From Candidatus Zhuqueibacterota bacterium (GTDB lineage Bacteria > Zhuqueibacterota > Zhuqueibacteria > Zhuqueibacterales > Geothermadaptataceae), in NCBI GenBank assembly GCA_015491485.1, contig WFVT01000099.1:1147-65146 (forward strand): a stretch of DNA of 64,000 nucleotides. The letters run 5' to 3'. The stretch's first letter is position 1; each line of letters starts with the position of its first letter. A program made the position numbers and the translations under genes. The notes below the pieces were generated by a model, which saw nothing but the letters and a program-made list of their open reading frames with translations, did no database searches and was not told the origin of the DNA. Shown one piece after another: positions 9,120 to 17,113 of this stretch.

Positions 9120-9862
9120 CTGTTGTTAAGATTGTAATCCTTTAACCGTTGTAGAATGCGTTTCACATAGTTTTGGGTTTCGGGATAAGGGGGAATCGTC
9201 ATCCCGTAACGGCGAACCGCACCGGGACCGGCATTATAGGCGGCTAAAGCTAATTCCAGTGAGCCAAACTCATCGAGCAGTTGTTTGAGATACCGGCTTC
9301 CGGCAAGCACATTTTCCATAGGATCGAACACATTCTGAACATTGAGCATGGAAGCGGTGGCATCCATGAGTTGCATCAGGCCTTTGGCGCCTTTGGAAGA
9401 GACGGCCCGCGGGTTCCAGGCGCTTTCCTGTTCAATGACCGCGTAAATCAGCGGAGCGGGGAGCTGTGAAGCCTGAGCGGCGCGTTCAACCAATTTTTGT
9501 CGTTGCTGTGGGTCCAGCGTCGCCGGCGATACTGGTTTGGGAGTCAACTCGGTGGAGGGCAAAAATTGTCGGGAAAGCTGTCTTTCGATAAGATCGGCGA
9601 TGCCGAGCTGTCTTCGGCGGGCGAGCACTTCGCTGAGCTTTTCTTCCAGCATGCTCTGGTAAATTTCACCGCGAAGCCCGTCGCCGAACAGTCCGGAACC
9701 GGCCATCGCCTCGCGCAGCGATTTGAACAGCAGATTGGCAAAAATCGCTTCAAAGCTTTCCGCCGCTTCCCTGAGCTGCCGCACGTCCTGATTTTGCGCC
9801 TTCTGCCTCAGCCGATCGAAATAGGCGTTGGCGAGGGCGAGTTCTGATAAACGCTCAGCCAT
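9116..9862 (-). CDS. flgJ: FlgJ-like rod-binding domain fused to a lytic transglycosylase (SLT) domain
   Basis: N-terminus AAESFEAIFANLLFKSLREAM is rod-binding (FlgJ-N)-like. C-terminus AVIEQESAWNPRAVSSKGAKGLMQLM ... AYNAGPGAV carries SLT family signatures. Confidence 0.8.
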   Translation of the reverse strand: MAERLSELALANAYFDRLRQKAQNQDVRQLREAAESFEAIFANLLFKSLREAMAGSGLFGDGLRGEIYQSMLEEKLSEVLARRRQLGIADLIERQLSRQFLPSTELTPKPVSPATLDPQQRQKLVERAAQASQLPAPLIYAVIEQESAWNPRAVSSKGAKGLMQLMDATASMLNVQNVFDPMENVLAGSRYLKQLLDEFGSLELALAAYNAGPGAVRRYGMTIPPYPETQNYVKRILQRLKDYNLNNR

Positions 9863-9866
9863 AAGC

Positions 9867-11021
9867 TCACATAATAATCAGTTTGGCTTTGAGGGCGCCC
9901 GCCTCCTTGAGCGCCTGGAAAATAGCTACAATATCCCTCGGAGAAACACCAAGGGCATTTAACGCCCGCGCTACATCGCGAACACTGGCTGAATTTTCGA
10001 CATACAGCAATTGGCCTTTATTGTCCGTCACCGTGGTTTGTGTCTGAGGCACGACCACCGTTTCGCCCTGAGAGAACGGCGCCGGCTGCGAAATCACCGG
10101 CGTTGTTTGAATCTCAATGCGCAGATTGCCATGCGCAATGGCAACCGGCGACAGTGTGACATGCTCTCCCACCACGACCGTTCCGGTCCGTTCATTGACC
10201 ACCACCCGAGCCTGCACGTCCGGCTCTATTTCAAGATTTTCAATTATGCTAACAAATTGTGTTATTTTTGGCTTAAATTCGTCAGGGATACGTGTACGAA
10301 TTTGAGCCGCATTGACCGCCATGGCCACCTCATTACCAAACTTTTCATTGATGGCGTCTGCCAGACGGACAGCCGTGGTAAAATCCGGGTCTTTCAGGGC
10401 AAAGGTGATCGTCGAATCGGATAATGATGTGTTATTATTTGATTTCAATAGAGTTGCGCCATTCGGAACACGCCCGACAAGAGCGTAGTTTTTTCGGATT
10501 CGATCTCCCCCGATACTCTCGACGTTAAAACCGCCGACTGAGATTGCTCCCTGGGCTTGTGCAAATAGTGTTCCACTTTCATCGACTAATGGCGAAAGAA
10601 TCAGTGTGCCGCCCTCCAGACTGGTGGCATCCCCCATTGACGAAACCAGCACATCCACGGTGCTGCCCTCGGTCAGAAACGGGGGCACCTCGGCGGTTAT
10701 CATCACAGCGGCGATGTTTTTCAGGCGAATCCGCGAAGCCGGAACATTGATGCCAAACCGTTTTAGCATATTGGTGGCGGTTTGCAGAGCAACGATCGAC
10801 CGGTAAGTATCGCCGGTACCGTCCAGGCCAACCACCAGGCCGTAGCCTACCAGCCGAGTGGTTCGCAATCCCTGAATGGTGACCAGATCCTTAGCCCTCA
10901 CCCCCGCTTCCGCCCGGGCGATGAAAGCTCCGCTGCTGATTACAGCCAGCAACAGCCACCATTTAAAACAGCCAGTTAAAAATGCGCGTAATCCAGCCCG
11001 GCTTTTGGCTTCGATCGGCAT
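9867..11021 (-). CDS. flgI: Flagellar P-ring protein FlgI
   Basis: VRAKDLVTIQGLRTTRLVGYGLVVGLDGTGD ... LKAKLIIM. ATG 11021 has an AGGAAAGG SD and precedes a signal peptide. The track start 11051 lacks an SD. Confidence 0.92.
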   Translation of the reverse strand: MPIEAKSRAGLRAFLTGCFKWWLLLAVISSGAFIARAEAGVRAKDLVTIQGLRTTRLVGYGLVVGLDGTGDTYRSIVALQTATNMLKRFGINVPASRIRLKNIAAVMITAEVPPFLTEGSTVDVLVSSMGDATSLEGGTLILSPLVDESGTLFAQAQGAISVGGFNVESIGGDRIRKNYALVGRVPNGATLLKSNNNTSLSDSTITFALKDPDFTTAVRLADAINEKFGNEVAMAVNAAQIRTRIPDEFKPKITQFVSIIENLEIEPDVQARVVVNERTGTVVVGEHVTLSPVAIAHGNLRIEIQTTPVISQPAPFSQGETVVVPQTQTTVTDNKGQLLYVENSASVRDVARALNALGVSPRDIVAIFQALKEAGALKAKLIIM

Positions 11022-11553
11022 GGCCCTTTCCTTTATAAGTGATTTTTGCATTGGCGATCTGATAGCTCATCACGATATTATCGTTGGAAATATCTTCCGG
11101 CCGCACGATCCCGGTGACCAGCATCAGCAAACGATCGTTATTCACCTCCACTTCCCGCGTTCCCTCGATGATGAAATTTCCATTCTCATCAACGGACTTG
11201 ATCACGGCCGTCATTTTGGCTTTGAGCACGCCGGTCCGTTTCGTATCTCCGCTCCCTGAGAAGTTGACGTAATTCTGCGCATCCATCCCGAACAGCGGCA
11301 GAAATTTCGCCGCGCCGTTTCCGGCTCCTTTCACGCCGATTTGACTTTCCTTTTCCGTACGCGAATCGGTTTGGTGACTGCCCTGAGAGAACTCCACGAT
11401 ATTGATGGTAATGATATCTCCCACGCGATGAGCACGCACATCCCCAAAAAGATTCAGCATGTTGGAGGATGAGCGTTCTTGCGAGGGCGATTGCGCGGCC
11501 AGAAAAAAGCCCAAAATCACCCCCATCCATAAATACTTCCATTTGATGGTCAT
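10963..11553 (-). CDS. flgH: Flagellar L-ring protein FlgH
   Basis: RAHRVGDIITINIVE ... GTREVEVNNDRLLMLVTGIVRPEDI is typical FlgH. ATG 11553 overlaps the flgA stop (ATGA). The signal peptide has no lipobox Cys. Confidence 0.9.
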   Translation of the reverse strand: MTIKWKYLWMGVILGFFLAAQSPSQERSSSNMLNLFGDVRAHRVGDIITINIVEFSQGSHQTDSRTEKESQIGVKGAGNGAAKFLPLFGMDAQNYVNFSGSGDTKRTGVLKAKMTAVIKSVDENGNFIIEGTREVEVNNDRLLMLVTGIVRPEDISNDNIVMSYQIANAKITYKGKGHADRSQKPGWITRIFNWLF

Positions 11554-12521
11554 AATAGCACCCGAACTTTCCCTTGTCCGATAACCTGTCCTTTTAAAAC
11601 CCGGCGGGTATCTTTGACCCATACCCGGATCCAGTCGTTGCGATTGCCGGATTGTTGCGCCAATGCGCGCGTCTCCAACCGAATTTGCCCGGCTTCGATC
11701 TCGAGCCGCACCCAGCTACCTTTAATCACATCCGGAATCCGTTCAATCATCCGTTCGGTGATGATTTTGCCTTTCGGTATGACCACACGCGCCCAGATTG
11801 AATCGGCCCGGGATTGCCGGATTGGCTCGCCGGATAAATGCGTGGTTTCGAGCATTTTCATTTCAATATCGCCGGGCCGCAGCGGCTCTCTGGGTTTGAT
11901 ACGGCGCGTGGCGACAGCAATGGACTCATAGGTACGCAAAACCAGTCCCACGGTAAATTGTTTGATTGGAACCCCTTGCTGAACGATTTGGACGTCCACG
12001 AGCTGATAACCGCGTGGTTTCGGCCGCTTTTGCTGGACAACCATCTCAAAGGGACCCACTGGCACCGCGGTGCTATCTGGAATCCGCCGGAATTCCAGAC
12101 GCCAATCCCCGGCAAATTCCCGCATCCGCTGGCGGAAAAACTGGCCGATGGATTCTTCGATGCGCATGCGCGTGATATCCTTGTGCCCGGTCTTCACCCG
12201 GATCACCCTGGGCCCTTTGATTTGCCGGATGAATTTTTCCAGCTTGGCATGGCGCAACACCAGACGCAGTTGACTTAACGAAATGTCTTTGCTTTCTCCG
12301 GGCGGCGCCGCTTTGGTAATTCTGACTTTTTTGAGTTTCTTCAGAAAACTTTTCGACTCAGGTTTTATCTCACACACTTCGTGCAGATAAATATAAGGTC
12401 CCACCACCACCGTTTCGGGTTTCAGGTGCAAAATGTACTTCTTGGTTTGACCGGTGGCTGATTCCCGGAACGGCAGAATGAGCAACAGCGCGATGACAAC
12501 CATGCGAACCGCCGATTTCAT
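11550..12521 (-). CDS. flgA: P-ring assembly chaperone FlgA (long form)
   Basis: Signal peptide plus a C-terminal FlgA/SAF-like pattern (GNRNDWIRVWVKDTRRVLKGQVIGQGKVRVLL). Position between flgG and flgH. Confidence 0.75.
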   Translation of the reverse strand: MKSAVRMVVIALLLILPFRESATGQTKKYILHLKPETVVVGPYIYLHEVCEIKPESKSFLKKLKKVRITKAAPPGESKDISLSQLRLVLRHAKLEKFIRQIKGPRVIRVKTGHKDITRMRIEESIGQFFRQRMREFAGDWRLEFRRIPDSTAVPVGPFEMVVQQKRPKPRGYQLVDVQIVQQGVPIKQFTVGLVLRTYESIAVATRRIKPREPLRPGDIEMKMLETTHLSGEPIRQSRADSIWARVVIPKGKIITERMIERIPDVIKGSWVRLEIEAGQIRLETRALAQQSGNRNDWIRVWVKDTRRVLKGQVIGQGKVRVLL

Positions 12522-12534
12522 GATAAGCCCCTCA

Positions 12535-13323
12535 CTATCTGCGGAGATTTCCGGCTATATTGAGCATTTCATCGGAAGTCCGAATCGCCCGGGAATTAAT
12601 TTCATAAGCACGCTGCGCGACGATTAAGTTGACCATCTCTTCGACGACCTGAACATTCGACATTTCAAGAAATCCCTGACGCAACGTGCCGAAATTTTCC
12701 GTGCCGGGCGTCCCTGTAATGGGCTCTCCCGAAGCCGCCGTCGGCAAATAAATATTGCCGCCGATGCTCTCCAATCCGGCCGGATTCATAAAGCGGACCA
12801 GTTCGATGCGGCCGATTTCCACCGGCGCCACATCGCCGGCCGTCCGGACTGAAACCACGCCGTCCAGACTGATGTGAATTTCCTGAGCGTCCTGCGGAAT
12901 CGTGATTTCCGGCTCCAATACCAGACCGTCAGAGGTGACGATCCGGCCATCTCCCGAAATTTTAAAAGAACCATCCCGGGTGTAACCGAAGGTTCCATCG
13001 TTGCGGATCACCTGGAAAAATCCGTTTCCGTCAATGGCAATATCCAGCGGATTGTCGGTTTGCGCGATATCGCCCTGAAAGAACATCTTTTGCACACTCA
13101 CCGGTTGCGTCCCATGACCGATTTGAATTTCTGTGGGGATATTCACTCCCTGAACGTTCGCGGCGCCGATGGACCGCTGATTTTGATACAGCAAATCCTG
13201 AAACTCCACTTTTGACTTTTTGAATCCCGTGGTGTTGATGTTCGCCAGATTGTTTGAGATGGTATCCACCATCAATTCCTGTGCGAACATCCCGGTTGCA
13301 GCGGTTCTTAAGGCACGTAACAT
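12535..13323 (-). CDS. flgG: Distal rod protein FlgG
   Basis: MLRALRTAATGMFAQELMVDTISNNLANINTTGFKKS ... conserved C-terminus LIVAQRAYEINSRAIRTSDEML. Confidence 0.93.
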   Translation of the reverse strand: MLRALRTAATGMFAQELMVDTISNNLANINTTGFKKSKVEFQDLLYQNQRSIGAANVQGVNIPTEIQIGHGTQPVSVQKMFFQGDIAQTDNPLDIAIDGNGFFQVIRNDGTFGYTRDGSFKISGDGRIVTSDGLVLEPEITIPQDAQEIHISLDGVVSVRTAGDVAPVEIGRIELVRFMNPAGLESIGGNIYLPTAASGEPITGTPGTENFGTLRQGFLEMSNVQVVEEMVNLIVAQRAYEINSRAIRTSDEMLNIAGNLRR

Positions 13324-13373
13324 GGTTCCTGAAACTCCTTTGCGTTTATATACCTGATTTCAATGATTTCACG

Positions 13374-14102
13374 CTAAATCCGCCCCAACTCCGTAACGGC
13401 CTGCCGCAGGGTATCATCCTGTGCTTGAATGGTTTTTTGGTTGTTGGCGAAATCGCGAAGGACGACAATCATGTCCACCATTTCTTCGATGATGTTGACA
13501 TTGGCGCTTTCCAGATACCCCTGACGTACGGGCGCTGCCGCCATTTCCGGCTCCGGGGCATTCGGCCGTCTCATGAACAAATTGTTTCCCCTTTTCATCA
13601 GGGACAAATTGGGATCATCAAAACGGGCGACCAGAAAACGGTTAACCACCTGATTGTTAGCATCCAGGATTTCGCCGTTGTGATTGACCGAAAAGTCACC
13701 ATCGGGCAAAATAATTGGACCGTTTTCACCCAAAACGCGCTGCCCCATGCTGGTCATCAGCTCCCGGTTCTCGTTGATGATAAAATGCCCGTTCCTGGTA
13801 TAAAGCTGTTCGTTTCCACCATCAACAACGAAAAATCCATCGCCTTCAATGGCAAAGTCCAGCAAGGCATCGGTCTTGTATAAGCGCCCCTGCGAAAAAT
13901 CCGTGTAAAATTGCAGTTCTTGTTGCTCTTGCTGCGGATCGTCTCGCCTCACAAAAGCTGCTGAATCCAATGTATTGCGAAAAAAAATTCGATCGCGCTT
14001 AAATCCGGCAGTATTTACATTGGCAAGATTGTTGGAAAGAATTTCCTGCTGAGTTCGGCGAGCGAACATACTCACAGCTGATGTAAAAATCCCTTTGATC
14101 AT
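13374..14102 (-). CDS. flgF: Proximal rod protein FlgF
   Basis: MIKGIFTSAVSMFARRTQQEILSNNLANVNTAGFKRD ... rod-family C-terminus. Position upstream of flgG. Confidence 0.85.
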   Translation of the reverse strand: MIKGIFTSAVSMFARRTQQEILSNNLANVNTAGFKRDRIFFRNTLDSAAFVRRDDPQQEQQELQFYTDFSQGRLYKTDALLDFAIEGDGFFVVDGGNEQLYTRNGHFIINENRELMTSMGQRVLGENGPIILPDGDFSVNHNGEILDANNQVVNRFLVARFDDPNLSLMKRGNNLFMRRPNAPEPEMAAAPVRQGYLESANVNIIEEMVDMIVVLRDFANNQKTIQAQDDTLRQAVTELGRI

Positions 14103-14136
14103 GGCATTCCCTCACATTCTTTTGTCTTTTAGGAAG

Positions 14137-14151
14137 GCAATGGATATGCCA
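14137..14151 (-). promoter_or_regulatory. Sigma-54-type promoter upstream of flgF
   Basis: Minus strand reads TGGCAT-ATCCA-TTGC (GG-N10-GC) about 35 nt upstream of the flgF ATG. The 15-mer is identical to the element at 26955..26969. Confidence 0.7.
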
Positions 14152-14308
14152 GGAAGCACCAATTTATTTTAAGTGTTGTTAACCGCTTAATGGTTGTTTT
14201 TTCAATCGGTTGGGATTTCTTGGGGGAAGGCAAGTCACCTGTGGATTACATATCAGGCGGCAATTTTTACCTGAAGTGGGCGATTGATTCCGAGACGTTT
14301 CTCACGTT

Positions 14309-15376
14309 TTACCGCGATTTATCGAGGTCGATGATCATCTCACCGTCATAGTACTGCTTAAAGACGGGACGCGAAATGTTGCGCATTTTTTGAACATTTT
14401 CCGCGATCCGGCGGGCATTTTCCTGGATATTTTTCAGCTTGGTACGAATGGAATCCGGCAGCAAATGCGCCTCTTCCATAATCAATTCCAGATTTCCAAG
14501 AATGGGGGTGAGCGGATTATTGATTTCATGATTCACGGTCGCCATGGCCTGGACGATAGCGGTCATCCGCTCTTTTTCGATTTTTTCCTGCTCCAATTTT
14601 TTGACCAGAGTGAGATCCTTGACCAGGCCGAGAATTCCGGCAATATGCCCATTCTTGTCCCGGAAAATAGACAGCGACAATTCCACCGGAATCGTTCTCG
14701 AGTCGTGATCCCGTAAAACCGTTTCGATCGTGATCGCTGTGTTATCGTTCTTCAATCGAGAAAGCATGGATTGCAGTTCATGGGGTTGGATATCGAAAAT
14801 ATCAAAAATCAAACGGCCCAGGATACTGGTTTTGGGCGTTTCCAACATTGGATTGCTGCCTTCGGTAAAAAACGATATTCTTCCATCCAATGATGTGGTA
14901 AAAATGATCCCCGGGAAATTTTGCAGAATGTTGCTGAGAAAATCGAGGCTCTCACGCAGATTCTCGATATTTTGTTCCTGGTGGACGTATTTTTCATGAT
15001 TCACCAGGACATTTTCCACCACATTGATCAGTTCATGCTCCCCAAAAGGTTTCTGCAGGTATGCGGAAAGCCCCCGTTCCATGAGCCGCTCGACAAAACT
15101 GCGCTCATGTCCGGCAGCCGTAAGCATCACCACCGGAGTCCGACTCACATCTTTATATTGGGGATCATTCAGCAGCAGGTAGAGAAACTGATCTCCGTTC
15201 ATGCCCGGCATCATGAAATCCAGAAGAATCAGTGCCGGGCGTTCGCTCAAAACCTTCTTTAAGCCTTCCTCTCCGTTATACGCGGAGACGACCTCAAAGC
15301 CGTGTTTCGTAAAATAGTAATGGTTGATCTTATGTTGATTGGCATCATCATCGACGATCAATATCTTTTTCTTCAT
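14309..15376 (-). CDS. Response-regulator receiver + PAS + HisKA/DHp protein lacking a recognisable catalytic ATPase domain
   Basis: REC (KILIVDDD ... LILLDFMMPGMNG ... YLQKPF), PAS-like middle, and an H-box (MATVNHEINNPLTPILGNLELI). The ORF ends ~60 aa after the H-box, with no N/G1/G2 boxes. Confidence 0.8.
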   Translation of the reverse strand: MKKKILIVDDDANQHKINHYYFTKHGFEVVSAYNGEEGLKKVLSERPALILLDFMMPGMNGDQFLYLLLNDPQYKDVSRTPVVMLTAAGHERSFVERLMERGLSAYLQKPFGEHELINVVENVLVNHEKYVHQEQNIENLRESLDFLSNILQNFPGIIFTTSLDGRISFFTEGSNPMLETPKTSILGRLIFDIFDIQPHELQSMLSRLKNDNTAITIETVLRDHDSRTIPVELSLSIFRDKNGHIAGILGLVKDLTLVKKLEQEKIEKERMTAIVQAMATVNHEINNPLTPILGNLELIMEEAHLLPDSIRTKLKNIQENARRIAENVQKMRNISRPVFKQYYDGEMIIDLDKSR

Positions 15377-15881
15377 AGCGAGCGTTGCCGTGGTATCGGT
15401 AGAATAATTTGATAATCGGCTTCAGATTTTCAATGAATTTTCGAATCAGCAGCATTTCCGTCCGTTCAAACGCATGCGGTTTGGTGTGCGCAAAATTGAT
15501 CACACCCACCAGGTCGTCGTGAATCACAATGGGAAGGGACAGGTAGGATCGGATGGGATTGACCCCATGTCGGCTGCCGCGGTGGATATCGGGCAAATAA
15601 ATGGGGCGCTGCTTCTGCGCGACCCAGGCCGACAGGCCGTAGCCATGATCAAAACGCACGCGTTCGATAAAATTCACACCACCGTTGTAATCCGCCACCC
15701 GATGCAGCATTTTCGAATTCCGCAGCACCAGATACAAAGTTGCAGCCTCGAACTCCACCTGTTCGGCAAGTGCACTCAGGCACTCCGTGAATCCTTCCTT
15801 TAGCAAATGATCCATCTCATGCTGTCCGAAGCGCTCTCTACGCTCCTCGAGCCGCTCCCGAATAACTTGAATACGGTCCAT
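15348..15881 (-). CDS. Stand-alone GAF-domain protein
   Basis: 177 aa. LSAWVAQKQRPIYLPDI ... SYLSLPIVIHDDLVGVINFAH is a GAF-like pattern. Overlaps the downstream gene by 29 nt. Confidence 0.7.
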   Translation of the reverse strand: MDRIQVIRERLEERRERFGQHEMDHLLKEGFTECLSALAEQVEFEAATLYLVLRNSKMLHRVADYNGGVNFIERVRFDHGYGLSAWVAQKQRPIYLPDIHRGSRHGVNPIRSYLSLPIVIHDDLVGVINFAHTKPHAFERTEMLLIRKFIENLKPIIKLFYRYHGNARYEEKDIDRR

Positions 15882-15896
15882 GGCTCCTGCTCTTGG

Positions 15897-16232
15897 TTAT
15901 TTGAAACTCGCTATAGCTTCATCTGAACTGTTATGGATATCGAAGAACTTGCTCAATCGGGTGAGCTGAAAAATTTTCGCGACCGCCGGTTGCATATTCG
16001 CCAGTTTGAATTGCGCACGCGACGCCCGCGCATTTTTAAACCCGCTGACCAACACTCCCAATGCCGCACTATCCATATAGGACACTTGCGACATATCGAT
16101 CAGCAGCCGCTTTGTCCCCTTCTGCAATTCATTCTGAATGGTCTGTTTTAAGGTCTCACAGTTGTGAGTATCGATTTCCCCTTCGGGCTTTATAATGGTT
16201 ACATCCTGCTGTTTTTCAATCGTTGGCTCCAT
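15897..16232 (-). CDS. STAS-domain anti-sigma-factor antagonist (RsbV/SpoIIAA-like)
   Basis: 111 aa. LLIDMSQVSYMDSAALGVLVSGFK retains the conserved phosphorylatable Ser in the DS motif. Confidence 0.85.
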   Translation of the reverse strand: MEPTIEKQQDVTIIKPEGEIDTHNCETLKQTIQNELQKGTKRLLIDMSQVSYMDSAALGVLVSGFKNARASRAQFKLANMQPAVAKIFQLTRLSKFFDIHNSSDEAIASFK

Positions 16233-16251
16233 GTTGACCTCGGTCTGTCTG

Positions 16252-16710
16252 TCACGCTTCTTTTTGGCATTGTTTTCGCTTAATCAGTGTCAATACCGTC
16301 CCATCGTCTTGAGAAAAATCAAACTGGACCACATCCATCAGTTTTTCCATCAAAAACAGGCCAAGTCCCCCATCACGCAGTTCATCCAAATCGCGTGGTT
16401 TCAAACGCGTCGGATCGCATTTTTGCCCATAATCTTTAATAATAATCACCAGATCGCCGTTGGCATCGGCGTGAAACTTCACATCGATCCGTCCGTTCTG
16501 ATCCCCCCGATAGGCGTGCTCAATCACATTGGCCAGCGCTTCATTCAGGGCCAATTGCACTTCAAACACATCTTCATCCCCGAAACCCTGCTGCTTGGCA
16601 AAATGCTTGATTTTTTGCCGCAAGTCACGGATGAGTTCATTCCGACTCATCAGCGTAATTTGAAGTTCCTGATTGGAAACTTCGCGAACTTTCAGCGGTT
16701 TATCGCTCAT
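16252..16710 (-). CDS. Anti-sigma factor / serine protein kinase (RsbW/SpoIIAB-like)
   Basis: 152 aa. N-box LNEALANVIEHAY, G1-like IKDYGQKCDP, G2 GGLGLFLMEKLMD. Lies 4 nt downstream of the FlhB-C-like ORF stop. Confidence 0.85.
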   Translation of the reverse strand: MSDKPLKVREVSNQELQITLMSRNELIRDLRQKIKHFAKQQGFGDEDVFEVQLALNEALANVIEHAYRGDQNGRIDVKFHADANGDLVIIIKDYGQKCDPTRLKPRDLDELRDGGLGLFLMEKLMDVVQFDFSQDDGTVLTLIKRKQCQKEA

Positions 16711-16713
16711 GGA

Positions 16714-17004
16714 TCACGTTGCCTTGGTGTCGAATTGACGGCGCTGCTGAAAAACATAGGCTAAAATCTCTGCCACCGCTTCATACAGTTCTTCCGGAAT
16801 CTCACAATGGAGTTCCAACTGCCATAGCTGTTCCGCCAGTAAATCGTCTGCCGTTATGGGGATATCGTGCTGTTCCGCCAGGGCCAAAATGGCGTCAGCG
16901 ATTTTCCCCTGGCCCTTTGCCACTATGACTGGCGCTTGATTTTGCGGTTGATCATACTTCAGGGCAACGGCCGTTTTTCGTTTGTATTTTTCGTGCTTCT
17001 GCAT
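16714..17004 (-). CDS. Soluble FlhB C-terminal-domain paralogue (YlqH/FhlB-like)
   Basis: TAVALKYDQPQNQAPVIVAKGQGKIADAILALAEQHDIPI ... AVAEILAYVF aligns by eye with this window's FlhB (YAVALKYDPGEHTAPVIVAKGERKIAQRIKAIAEEHGVPI ... AVAEILSYIY). ATG 17004 is preferred because the track TTG start overlaps the promoter. Confidence 0.85.
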   Translation of the reverse strand: MQKHEKYKRKTAVALKYDQPQNQAPVIVAKGQGKIADAILALAEQHDIPITADDLLAEQLWQLELHCEIPEELYEAVAEILAYVFQQRRQFDTKAT

Positions 17005-17026
17005 GATTTTCGATGGTTCTCCCAAA

Positions 17027-17052
17027 ATATCGGCGCATCCCCGGCATCTTTA
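17027..17052 (-). promoter_or_regulatory. Sigma-28 (FliA/SigD)-type promoter upstream of the FlhB-C-like/partner-switching operon
   Basis: Minus strand reads TAAA-N14-GCCGATAT. The -10 element equals the Bacillus SigD consensus GCCGATAT and is 7/8 to GCCGATAA. Located in the 88 nt gap after the FliK-like gene. Confidence 0.6.
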
Positions 17053-17113
17053 CGGTTTGTGACGGATTTTAAACATCCTCAGCGAGTTGCCTGGCACAGA
17101 AATTGTTAAACCG

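Noticed and set aside
17092-17106. Plus-strand TGGCAC-AGAAA-TTGT, which resembles a sigma-54 promoter.
   Set aside because: It lacks the -12 GC dinucleotide (TTGT instead of TTGC). It points into the antisense of the FliK-like gene, where there is no plus-strand gene to serve.
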